Shown here: piece after piece, positions 1 to 7,541 of the stretch
How the letters are laid out: every line of letters starts with the position of its first letter
Position numbering within the stretch: position 1 is the stretch's first letter
Source of the DNA: Gemmata obscuriglobus
GTDB taxonomy: Bacteria; Planctomycetota; Planctomycetia; Gemmatales; Gemmataceae
Assembly (NCBI RefSeq): GCF_008065095.1
Contig: NZ_CP042911.1
Span: forward strand, 2,340,001 to 2,372,000
DNA: 32,000 bases
Reading direction: 5' to 3'
Notes under the pieces: model-generated
The model's database searches: none
The model's input: only the letters and a program-made list of their open reading frames with translations
What the model was told of the DNA's origin: nothing
Program-made: the position numbers and the translations under genes

Positions 1-1285
1 GGTACAGCCGCTCGCCGCTGGCCAGCGGGCTGGGGCCGCCAACCATGTGCCGGATGTGGTCCTTGGCCAGGTCGTCGTCCAGCAGGTCGAGGGCGGCGAA
101 GCCGCTCTCGGTGAACGCCCGGCCGGTGGCCGCCGCTTCTCCCCGATCCGTCACCGCCAGGCCGACGAACACGTGCGCTACCCGCTCGTCGGAGATGCGG
201 TAGTTGAACTCGGTCACGTTCCGCCGCCCGATCACCTCACACAGCCGTCGGAAGCTCCCGCGCTCTTCCGGGATGGTGACCGCGAACAGCGCCTCCCGCC
301 CCTCGCCCGCTTCGGCCCGCTCGGCGACGAAGCGTAGGCGGTCGAAGTTCATGTTCGCCCCGCAGGTGACCGCCACCAGCGAGCCGATGTGTGGGCCGTG
401 TTCGGCCGCGTACTGCTTGACGGCGGCCACCCCCATCGCTCCCGCCGGTTCGAGCACGGTGCGGGTGTCCTCGAACACGTCCTTGATCGCCGCACACACC
501 GCGTCGGTGTCGACCTCGATGAACCCGTCGGCCAGTTCGCGGGCCAGCCGGAACGTCTCCTCGCCCACCTGCTTGACGGCCGTGCCGTCGGAGAACAGCC
601 CCACGTCGTTGAGTCGGACCCGCTCCCCGCTACGGACGGAGCGGGCCATCGCGTCGGAGTCGGTCATCTGCACCCCGATCACCTTGATCTCGGGGCGCAC
701 CGCCTTGACGTACGCCGCCACCCCGGCGAGCAACCCGCCGCCGCCGACCGCGACGAAGATCGCGTGGATCGGGTCCTGGTGCTGGCGGAGGATTTCCATC
801 CCGACGGTGCCCTGGCCGGCGATCACGTCCGGGTCGTCGAAGGGGTGGACAAAGGTGAGCCCGTTGGCGGCGCCCAGTTCGGCCGCGTGCTGGTAGGCGT
901 CGGAGTAGCTGTCGCCGTGCAGCACGACCTCGGCCCCGAACCCGCGGACCGCGTCGGACTTCAGCCGCGGGGTGGTGACCGGCATGACCACCACGGCCCG
1001 GCACCCGAGCCGGCGGGCGCTCAGTGCGACGCCCTGGGCGTGGTTCCCGGCGGACGCGCACACGACCCCGCGGGCCAACTGGTCGGCGGGCAGCCGAACC
1101 ATCTTGTTGTACGCCCCGCGGAGCTTGAAGCTGAACACCGGCTGCGTGTCTTCCCGCTTGAGCCAGACAGGTGTGCCGAGCCGGGCCGAGAGCTTCTCCG
1201 CGCGCTCCAAAGGGGTCTCGACCGCGACATCGTAGACGCGCGCGGTCAAAATCCGCTGCAGGTATTCCCAGAGGCGAACGTCCAT
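1..1285 (-). CDS. ilvA: Biosynthetic threonine ammonia-lyase (threonine dehydratase), partial; the C-terminus lies beyond the left window edge
   Basis: Absent from the ORF track because it runs off the edge. The reverse-complement translation starts at ATG (complement of 1283-1285). It reads MDVRLWEYLQRILTARVYDVAVETPLERAEKLSARLGTPVWLKREDTQPVFSFKLRGAYNKM..ASAGNHAQGVA..VGGGGLLAG..AVTIPEERGSFRRLCEVIGRRNVTEFNYR..HMVGGPSPLASGERLY. This is colinear with E. coli IlvA, including the PLP-lysine motif SFKLRGA and the start of the regulatory domain. Confidence 0.9.
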   Translation of the reverse strand, partial: MDVRLWEYLQRILTARVYDVAVETPLERAEKLSARLGTPVWLKREDTQPVFSFKLRGAYNKMVRLPADQLARGVVCASAGNHAQGVALSARRLGCRAVVVMPVTTPRLKSDAVRGFGAEVVLHGDSYSDAYQHAAELGAANGLTFVHPFDDPDVIAGQGTVGMEILRQHQDPIHAIFVAVGGGGLLAGVAAYVKAVRPEIKVIGVQMTDSDAMARSVRSGERVRLNDVGLFSDGTAVKQVGEETFRLARELADGFIEVDTDAVCAAIKDVFEDTRTVLEPAGAMGVAAVKQYAAEHGPHIGSLVAVTCGANMNFDRLRFVAERAEAGEGREALFAVTIPEERGSFRRLCEVIGRRNVTEFNYRISDERVAHVFVGLAVTDRGEAAATGRAFTESGFAALDLLDDDLAKDHIRHMVGGPSPLASGERLY

Positions 1286-1422
1286 CCCAGCTCTTCCGAA
1301 AGAGGCCCCGTCGTCGCGGCGAGCGCCGCGTTCTGACCTAATAGGAAGGACCGCGCTGCGAACCACCCGCAAAGTCACTCGGCGGCAAAATAACGGTGCG
1401 CGGAGCCAGCACATAACACGTT

Positions 1423-1451
1423 CGGCCCGTTCGCGCGGGGCGAACGGGCCG
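1423..1451. repeat. 12-bp GC hairpin in the ilvA upstream leader region
   Basis: cggcccgttcgc / gcggg / gcgaacgggccg, a perfect stem. It lies about 140-165 nt upstream of the ilvA start on the transcribed (minus) strand. Confidence 0.5.
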
Positions 1452-1570
1452 AGTCGTTACTTACACGGGCGAGACGGGCTTCAAACGTGGGCGCGAGGTA
1501 TTCGGTCTCGGCTACCGCTGCGGCCCGCACGGAAGAGATCCGTGCTTCGGTGCCCGTTTTGGATTTGCCT

Positions 1571-1638
1571 TTGTGGCACAGACATTCCTGCCTGTGCGGC
1601 CTTCTCGCGCCGCACAGACAGGAATGTCTGTGCCACAA
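1571..1638. repeat. 30-nt-arm inverted repeat (1 mismatch, 8-nt loop) with self-palindromic arms; REP/MITE-like
   Basis: ttgtggcacagacattcctgcctgtgcggc / cttctcgc / gccgcacagacaggaatgtctgtgccacaa. Each arm contains cacagaca-NNNN-tgtctgtg. It is flanked at a distance by the direct repeats ccgtgcttcggtgcc (1540-1554) and ccgcgcttcggtgcc (1677-1691). Confidence 0.85.
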
Positions 1639-1696
1639 GAAACAGACACAACCAGTCGGACTGTGAATGAGGAGAGCCGCGCTTCGGTGCCGGCGG

Positions 1697-2065
1697 CTAC
1701 TTCTTCTTCTTGAGCGTGTCTACCTTCTTGTCGGCGTCTTCGAGTTCCATTCCGTCTTCGCCCTTGAAGGTGACGGTCAGGTCCTGCTCGATCTTCTGCT
1801 CGTTCAGCGACAGTTTTAGGGCGATTTTTTTGCCCGTGAGCTTGTAGGTGCCGTCGAGCTTCAAGTCCTTGCCCTCGTTGTTGATCGTCACCAACAGCTT
1901 TCCATCTTTGGCGAACTCGATCACCGTTCCGACGGGCGTGTCACTGGCGGATTTCGTCACCTCCCACTTGCCGAGCAGCTTGGGGGTGTCGTCGGCTTTC
2001 GCCGGGACGGTCCCGACGAGCCCGAGCGCCGCGAATGCGAACACGGCGGCCAGAAGGGTCTTCAT
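1697..2065 (-). CDS. Small secreted lipocalin-like protein (resembles the Gemmata paralogous family TIGR03066)
   Basis: 122-aa ORF with a signal peptide MKTLLAAVFAFAALGLVGTVPAKA, followed by a GKWEV motif and an alternating beta-strand pattern (DGKLLVTINNEGKDLKLDGTYKLTGKKIALKL). Lys-rich tail. AAGGAA RBS-like sequence 9 nt upstream of the ATG. The family assignment is from memory only. Confidence 0.7.
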   Translation of the reverse strand: MKTLLAAVFAFAALGLVGTVPAKADDTPKLLGKWEVTKSASDTPVGTVIEFAKDGKLLVTINNEGKDLKLDGTYKLTGKKIALKLSLNEQKIEQDLTVTFKGEDGMELEDADKKVDTLKKKK

Positions 2066-2096
2066 TGTGGTCGTTCCTTGAGCACTGCGTTTGGCC

Positions 2097-2124
2097 CGCC
2101 CGGGCGCCGGATGCGCCCCGGGCG
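2097..2124 (-). terminator. GC-rich hairpin downstream of coaC (candidate terminator, no U-tract)
   Basis: cgcccgggcgc / cggat / gcgccccgggcg gives an 11-bp stem with one bulged base. It lies in the 108-nt spacer between the coaC stop and the start of the lipocalin-like gene. Confidence 0.35.
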
Positions 2125-2173
2125 CGTTATGCTACGCGGCGGGTCAATGGCGCGTCATGATGAACGTGCGTGG

Positions 2174-2821
2174 TTACGCGGCCCGCGCCCGGCCGAGCAT
2201 GAACTGAACCGCGTTCGCGATGTCCGCGACCTCCGCCAGCGCGCCGGGGCCGGTGTCCCCGCAGGCGAGCTGCTTCGTCACCGGGGCCACCACCCGGAGC
2301 GTCGGGCTGCGGTCGTTGATCTGCTGGATCAGCGCGTCGTCGGCGAGGTGCGCCGGGATGTGGCCGGCGCCGGCGTCGGCCGCGAGGGCGCGCAGGTGCC
2401 GCCGCGTGAACGGGTGCTGCCACATGAGGGTGTTCATCGCGGGGGCCATGACCACCGGGCGGGCGAGGTCCCAGGCGCGCCACACGCACGTCAGGCAGTT
2501 GTCGCACAGCCCGACCGCCAGCTTCGCCAGGGTGTTGGCGTCCAGCGGCGCGAGGGCGAAGACGTCCGCCCACTTCCGCAGCTCGATGTGTCGCACCGCG
2601 TCGCCGCGCTGGTAGAGCTGCCCGTCCGCGCGCCCGGGCCATTCGTCCTCGTCGAGGGACAGCACGCCCGCGGCGCGGAACGGGGCGGGGTCGAAGAAGT
2701 ACGTTGCGGCGCTCGTCGCCACGATCTTGACCGCGTGCCCGGCGCCGGTGAAGGCGTCGTAAAGGGCGGGCACGCGCACCGCCGCCACGCTGCCGGTCGC
2801 CCCGAGGAGTACGTTCGCCAT
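2174..2821 (-). CDS. coaC: Phosphopantothenoylcysteine decarboxylase (stand-alone flavoprotein)
   Basis: 215 aa. N-terminal GATGSVAA flavin-binding motif, VRHIELRKWAD, the PPC-decarboxylase signature PAMNTLMW and the substrate clamp LACGDTGPGAL. The start lies 4 nt after the coaB stop. Confidence 0.85.
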   Translation of the reverse strand: MANVLLGATGSVAAVRVPALYDAFTGAGHAVKIVATSAATYFFDPAPFRAAGVLSLDEDEWPGRADGQLYQRGDAVRHIELRKWADVFALAPLDANTLAKLAVGLCDNCLTCVWRAWDLARPVVMAPAMNTLMWQHPFTRRHLRALAADAGAGHIPAHLADDALIQQINDRSPTLRVVAPVTKQLACGDTGPGALAEVADIANAVQFMLGRARAA

Positions 2822-2825
2822 GTTG

Positions 2826-3569
2826 CTACGTCCGCTTCTGGTAAAGGTCTTCGAGGGCCAGCACCAGCCGGTCGGGCAGCTCGCGCCGCGTAACCCGCTC
2901 GTACCGGTCGGTGACCGGCCCCAGGTACGCCCAGTGCGCCTCCCCGTCGACCGTGGTCGCGACGATCACGTCGGCCGCGGACTGCTGCCGCGACGCCTCC
3001 GCGGTGTCGACGAGCTGCTGCTCGCTCAGGCCGGCCTCGGTCTCGAACTTGACCAGCAGCCCGGGGAAGCCCCACGGGTGCCGGATGCGGTCCGCGAGCC
3101 GGGGGGCGCGCAGGAGGCGGACCCACAGCTCCGGCTCCGCGCCGTTAATTTTATCGGCCGCCTGTTTCGCGAGGGTCGGCGCGCCGGTGCGGGCCTCCCA
3201 CTGTCCGGTCCGGGCGTTGAAGAACGTCCCGGCCGCCGGCGTGAACGCGCCACCCGAAAGGTAGTCGCTGACCGACGCGGCATGACATACCACGTCGAAG
3301 GCGGTGACGCGAAGTTGGTTCTGCAAAATCGAGGTCAGTTCGTCGTAGGTGTGGTAGGGCAACACGGAGAACCGCTCGCCCGGGTCGCGCGGGTTGATCC
3401 CGTGCTCGAGGAGGGCGTCGGGCCGCGAGGTGACGAGCGTGACCGTGTGCCCGCGGCCCCACGCGGTGCGGGCGACCACGGTGCCGGCCCGCCCGGGGTG
3501 CGAGTTGGTGACGCAGCGGACCCGGTCGACGGGCGCGTGCGTGCTGCCGGCGGTGACGAGAAAGTTCAT
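2826..3569 (-). CDS. coaB: Phosphopantothenate--cysteine ligase (stand-alone CoaB / DFP C-terminal domain)
   Basis: 247 aa. MNFLVTAGSTHAPVDRVRCVTNSHPGRAG aligns with the Dfp CoaB motif ITAGxTxEPxDPVRxISNxSSGxMG. HAASVSDY matches AAVADY, and ADKINGAEPEL matches the EKIKK region. Adjacent to and co-oriented with coaC. Confidence 0.8.
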   Translation of the reverse strand: MNFLVTAGSTHAPVDRVRCVTNSHPGRAGTVVARTAWGRGHTVTLVTSRPDALLEHGINPRDPGERFSVLPYHTYDELTSILQNQLRVTAFDVVCHAASVSDYLSGGAFTPAAGTFFNARTGQWEARTGAPTLAKQAADKINGAEPELWVRLLRAPRLADRIRHPWGFPGLLVKFETEAGLSEQQLVDTAEASRQQSAADVIVATTVDGEAHWAYLGPVTDRYERVTRRELPDRLVLALEDLYQKRT

Positions 3570-3628
3570 GGCGGGCGGCGCCGTGAGGGGGGCGACACCG
3601 TTAGGTTAGCGGATTCGCCGCGCGAGCG

Positions 3629-4609
3629 CTAAGCCGCCCGGCGCACTTCGGCCGCGCCCTCCAGCCACCGCACCGTTTCGCGAACGCCGTCCTCCAGCGC
3701 GGTCGAGGGGGCGTCCCACCCGGCGCCCCGCAACTTCGACATGTCCGCCTGTGTGAAGTTCTGGTACTTGCCCGCGAGGTCCGCCGGCATGTCGACGAAG
3801 CCGATTCGCGGTTCCAGCCCCAGCGCGACGAACACCGCGTGCGCGAGGTCGTAGAAGGTCCGCGCCGCGCCGCTGCCCGAGTTGTACACGCCGCCGGGCG
3901 CCGCGTTCCGCCACAGCCACAGCATGTGGCTCACGCAGTCGCCCACGAACACGAAGTCGCGGCGCTGGCCGCCGTCGGTGAACGCCGGGTCGGTGGAGCG
4001 GAACAGCTTCATCTCGCCGGTCGCCTTCACCTGCTTGTGCGTCTGGAACACGACGCTGGCCATGCGGCCCTTGTGCGGCTCGCGCGGCCCGTACACGTTG
4101 AAGAACTTCAGCCCGGCCCACTGCGGCGGCGCCGCGCGCCCGGCGGCCACCTCCGCGAGCGCCCAGATGTCGAAGTCGTTCTTGCTCTTGCCGTAGAGGT
4201 TGAGCGGGCGGAGTTCGTGCGGCGGGGTGCGGTCGTCGAACCCGAGTGTGCCGTCGCCGTAGGTCGCGGCGCTGGAGGCGTAGAAGAGCGGCTTCCGCCG
4301 TTCCGCGCACCAGTTCCAGAGGTGCCGGGTGTACTCGACGTTGTTGCGGGACAGGTAGTCCCAGCTCGTCTCCGTCGTGGAGCTGCACGCGCCGAGGTGG
4401 AACACCGCGTCCGGCTCAACGCGCCCGGCGCTCAGGTCGTCCAGAAAGTGGTCGTGCCGGCTGAACCGGAACCGCGACAGCCCGACCAAGTTGGCGGCCT
4501 TCGCGGGCGTCAGCTCGTGATCGACGAGCAGGAGCGCGTGCCCTTCGGCCGCGAGCGTGTGCGCGAGGTTCGAGCCGATGAACCCGGCCGCGCCGGTGAC
4601 GGCGATCAT
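3629..4609 (-). CDS. hldD: ADP-L-glycero-D-manno-heptose 6-epimerase
   Basis: From the internal ATG (complement of 4607-4609, preceded by GGAGGGG) the product reads MIAVTGAAGFIGSN..FHLGACSSTTE..FYASSAATYG..LNLYGKSK..FFNVYGPREPHKGRMASV..RDFVFVGD..YQNFTQADMSKLRGAGW. It is colinear with E. coli HldD/RfaD. The longer track ORF (to 4696) would add an implausible N-terminus that runs through an inverted-repeat element. Confidence 0.9.
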   Translation of the reverse strand: MIAVTGAAGFIGSNLAHTLAAEGHALLLVDHELTPAKAANLVGLSRFRFSRHDHFLDDLSAGRVEPDAVFHLGACSSTTETSWDYLSRNNVEYTRHLWNWCAERRKPLFYASSAATYGDGTLGFDDRTPPHELRPLNLYGKSKNDFDIWALAEVAAGRAAPPQWAGLKFFNVYGPREPHKGRMASVVFQTHKQVKATGEMKLFRSTDPAFTDGGQRRDFVFVGDCVSHMLWLWRNAAPGGVYNSGSGAARTFYDLAHAVFVALGLEPRIGFVDMPADLAGKYQNFTQADMSKLRGAGWDAPSTALEDGVRETVRWLEGAAEVRRAA

Positions 4610-4639
4610 GGTGCCCCTCCGTGGTGCTTGGAAGAACCG

Positions 4640-4780
4640 AAGAGTGGCCACAAAGACGCACAAAGGGCACAAAAAGAAACCAAAGACAGCGATCACGATC
4701 GGCGTGAAGCTGCACTGAGTTGATCTTGTTTTCTTATTGGTTTTCCTTTGTGCCCTTTGTGCGTCTTTGTGGCCACTCTT
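4640..4780. repeat. Large intergenic inverted repeat: 34-bp perfect arms, extendable to about 44 bp with a 3-mismatch patch (4674-4676) followed by 7 further matches, and a 53-nt loop after extension
   Basis: Left arm 4640-4673 is aagagtggccacaaagacgcacaaagggcacaaa. Right arm 4747-4780 is its exact reverse complement. Each arm carries CACAAAG-type units at 10-bp spacing (cacaaagacg cacaaagggc acaaaaagaa). It lies between the peptidase stop (4791) and the hldD start (4609). Confidence 0.85.
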
Positions 4781-4790
4781 ATATTCGGAC

Positions 4791-5711
4791 TCACTTCGGC
4801 GCGCCGGCGCGTGCCCGGGTGCGCATCTTGGGTGCCTCGACCGTCCCCAGGTGGTCGGCCAGGGCCTGCTCGGGGACGTCCATGACCTCGCGCAGCTTCG
4901 GCAGCAGCGGCCCGGGGGCCGGGTCGGCGCGCAGGGCCTGGAGGTAGTCGTGCAGCACCTTTTTGGGGCCGGGGCCGGACCGCAGCATCAGGTGGACCCA
5001 CGCCCACGCCTCCCGGTACTCGGGCTTCTGCATCTCGGCCACGTCCTTCAGCTTTTCCAGCCGCGCGAGGTCCGGCTGGAACGGCCCGCGCCGCAGTGTA
5101 TCCAGGTGCTGGGCGTTCACGCCATCCTGATTCGGCGGCAGCTCGAAGTACCCGGCCAGCCCCTCGTCGAGCCACAGCGGCACGTCCTTCAGCACGCCCC
5201 GCAGGAGTGCGTGCGTCAGCTCGTGCCGCAGGTCCGTGCTGAGGTGGTCGCCGAGCCAGGTGAAGATCTTGAGTTCGTCGGTGCCGCCGGCCCGGGGCTC
5301 GGCGATGAAGTAGGCGCGGCGGGGCGGCAGGTTCCGGTACTTGGCCCGCATGTACCGCTCGTACCGCTCCTGCGTGTCGAACAGGAACACCTGCACGATG
5401 CCGTTGCTCGGCGGCAGCTTCAGTTCGCCGAACACCTGGTCGGGCAGCGCGTCGAGTTCCGCGAACAGCGGGTCGGTCTTGTCGATCTCGAAGTCGTGGT
5501 ACAGGACGTAGTAGCCGGCGCGGGTGTGCTTCTTACCCGGCGGCGCGGTGGGGGCGGGTGTGGGCGCCGGCGGGACCGGAGCGACCTCGGCGTTTCGCGT
5601 GCTGTTGGCGCTCGGGTCGGTGCGCATCGTTTCGCACCCCGCGAGCGCCCCAATCAGGGCCACGAGGGTCGCGAAAGCAGAGAGGCGCAGCGGCGAACTC
5701 GGCATACACAT
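4791..5711 (-). CDS. Lipoprotein with an HExxH zinc-metallopeptidase motif (DUF1570 / peptidase-MA-like)
   Basis: From the internal ATG (complement of 5709-5711) the N-terminus is MCMPSSPLRLSAFATLVALIGALAGC, with lipobox LAGC. A Pro/Ala/Thr linker follows, then LRHELTHALL (HExxH) and a downstream WLDEGLAGYFE, which could supply the third ligand. The track ORF start at 5903 adds an Arg/Gly-rich non-protein-like extension. Confidence 0.7.
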   Translation of the reverse strand: MCMPSSPLRLSAFATLVALIGALAGCETMRTDPSANSTRNAEVAPVPPAPTPAPTAPPGKKHTRAGYYVLYHDFEIDKTDPLFAELDALPDQVFGELKLPPSNGIVQVFLFDTQERYERYMRAKYRNLPPRRAYFIAEPRAGGTDELKIFTWLGDHLSTDLRHELTHALLRGVLKDVPLWLDEGLAGYFELPPNQDGVNAQHLDTLRRGPFQPDLARLEKLKDVAEMQKPEYREAWAWVHLMLRSGPGPKKVLHDYLQALRADPAPGPLLPKLREVMDVPEQALADHLGTVEAPKMRTRARAGAPK

Positions 5712-5808
5712 CGCCCTGCGTGGCGTGAGACCGGAGCGCCGGGTGGCGCGACCTGACAGTATTCGGCCGCCGGGCCGGCGGCACTTCACATTTCGCGGGT
5801 AATATCGA

Positions 5809-7533
5809 TTATCCGATCGGGCGCCCGTTCCGCGCGTTCTTGGCCACTTTCGCCCGCGTCGCGCGGCAGATCGCGCTCCACCACGTTTTCCAGCCCCGCC
5901 CACTGGCTCCGGCGCCGAGGTAGGCGCGCAGGAACCGCAGGCACTCGGTGCGCGTGACGTGTCGCACGGCCAGGAAGCTCGCGTTCAGCCGCGCAAGTTC
6001 CTTGGCGCACCGGGCGAAGGGCACCGCGCCCGTACCGGCCCGCACGCCGACGAGGTCGATCAGAACGGGCGTCGCGGTCGCCGGGTCGCGGGCGGCCCCG
6101 GCGAGCATGATGTTGGGCGCTTTGAGGTCGCGGTGGGAGACCCCGCGGTCGTGCATCGCGCGAACCACGCGGGCCAGTCTCTCCATCCATGCGCGGAGGA
6201 CGGGTGCCTCGCGACACGCTTTCACCGCTTCCGGTAGTCCGACGGCATCGTGAACCTTCTCCGTGAGCAGATAGCCCTCGGCGGGGAGAAACCCGGCGCG
6301 GTACCGGTGAAACACCGCGAGCGGGCGCGGGGTCGGCAGCCAGCGCTCGCACAGCCCGTGGCCGAACAGCCACGACCGCCGCACGCTCGACGCGCGGAAC
6401 AGGTTCTTGAGGGCGCCGGAGGCGCTTGGCGTGTTGACCCGTTTCAGAATGACGGTGCGTGTCCCTTCGGCTGTCGGAAGTTCGATCTCTGCGACGGTCG
6501 AACCGACGCAGTCTTTGAGGAGCCGGGTGCCGGGCTGAGAGAACGCGGCGTCGGGCGCGGCGAGCAGCGTGCGGAGGAACGCGTCGGGCAGGTCGCGCAC
6601 CGCGAGGCCGCGGACGCGGCCCGCTCGCACCTTGCGGACGGTCCGGTGTGTGCCCTTGTACCGGGCCGTGCGGGCGACCCAGAACCGCCGGTTCGAGGCG
6701 AGGGTGGCCCGCTCCAAATGCTTCGGCCCTTCTGGGCACACCAGCCCCGCGCGGGCCGTGCGGTAACTGAGCCAGAACCGCAGCCGGTCCGCGCGGCTGG
6801 CGCGGAGCTGGAACCACCGGTTGAACAGGACGAGGTTCTCGCGGCTCGCGGCCCAGGGGAGGGGAGGGCCGAACCGGATCGCGTGGACATCGAGGAGGGC
6901 GAAGTGGAAGCCGTTCCGCACCGTTCTTCTCTCGGCGCGAGGACGGTCCTCTCCCTCCCACGCGACGAGCAGGTTCCCGGGGTGGGGGTCCGGGTGGGCG
7001 ACGCCGTTCTCGTGGAGCTTCGCGATGAACGTCCCGAGGTCGCGCGCGAGTACCTGCCGCTGGGACGCGGTGAGCGGGCGCGCTTCGAGGAAGTCGGGGA
7101 GCGGTACCGCGGGGTCCAGATCGCGCGTGATGAGGTAGCTCTGCCCGGGCCACCGGGAGTCGGACGTGCCCCAGGCGAGGGGGGCCGCGGCCCCGATGCC
7201 CAGCGCGCGAAGCCGTGCGGCGTTCTCGAACTCCAGTTGCGCTTTCGGGAGCCGGAGCACCTCGCGGGCCCACGCCCGCGGGCCGTTGATCCGGCAGTGC
7301 TTCACGTAGATCGTGCCCGACGCCAGAGCGACGCGGTAGACCGTCCGGTGCGGACCGTGCTTCACGACCGCCGCCGAGCCGCCCGCGAGCCATTCGTCGA
7401 GCGCGGGGCCGGCCGCCCCGAACAGCGCCGCGCCCTCGGGGGACAGGCGCCAGACCCGGCCGTTCGCGCGCACGCTTGAGCCCGCCGCCGGGGCGACGAG
7501 CGAACCGCACTTGCGCAGAACGTCCGCGAGCAT
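5809..7533 (-). CDS. Two-domain lipopolysaccharide kinase (Kdo/WaaP family), tandem kinase folds in one polypeptide
   Basis: Starts at ATG (complement of 7531-7533), 8 nt after the upstream GT stop. Domain 1 has TIYVKHC (Lys), VAHPDPHPGNLLV and FALLDVHA. Domain 2 has TVILKRVN (Lys), VSHRDLKAPNIML (His codon checked at 6133-6135) and VLIDLVG. Embedded between GT4 and hldD. Confidence 0.75.
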   Translation of the reverse strand: MLADVLRKCGSLVAPAAGSSVRANGRVWRLSPEGAALFGAAGPALDEWLAGGSAAVVKHGPHRTVYRVALASGTIYVKHCRINGPRAWAREVLRLPKAQLEFENAARLRALGIGAAAPLAWGTSDSRWPGQSYLITRDLDPAVPLPDFLEARPLTASQRQVLARDLGTFIAKLHENGVAHPDPHPGNLLVAWEGEDRPRAERRTVRNGFHFALLDVHAIRFGPPLPWAASRENLVLFNRWFQLRASRADRLRFWLSYRTARAGLVCPEGPKHLERATLASNRRFWVARTARYKGTHRTVRKVRAGRVRGLAVRDLPDAFLRTLLAAPDAAFSQPGTRLLKDCVGSTVAEIELPTAEGTRTVILKRVNTPSASGALKNLFRASSVRRSWLFGHGLCERWLPTPRPLAVFHRYRAGFLPAEGYLLTEKVHDAVGLPEAVKACREAPVLRAWMERLARVVRAMHDRGVSHRDLKAPNIMLAGAARDPATATPVLIDLVGVRAGTGAVPFARCAKELARLNASFLAVRHVTRTECLRFLRAYLGAGASGRGWKTWWSAICRATRAKVAKNARNGRPIG

Positions 7534-7541
7534 GGTTTCCC

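Noticed and set aside
389-1336. Long plus-strand ORFs (204..896, 389..1336 and others) over the first 1.3 kb
   Set aside because: They are antisense or off-frame shadows of ilvA, which reads cleanly on the minus strand with canonical motifs. Their translations are Arg/Pro/Gly/His-rich with no recognisable domain, as expected for high-GC DNA.
1574-1588. TGGCAC-N5-TTCC inside the palindromic repeat, resembling a sigma-54 -24/-12 element
   Set aside because: The -12 GC dinucleotide is absent (TTCC instead of TTGC). The motif is part of a symmetric repeat, so the resemblance is probably incidental.
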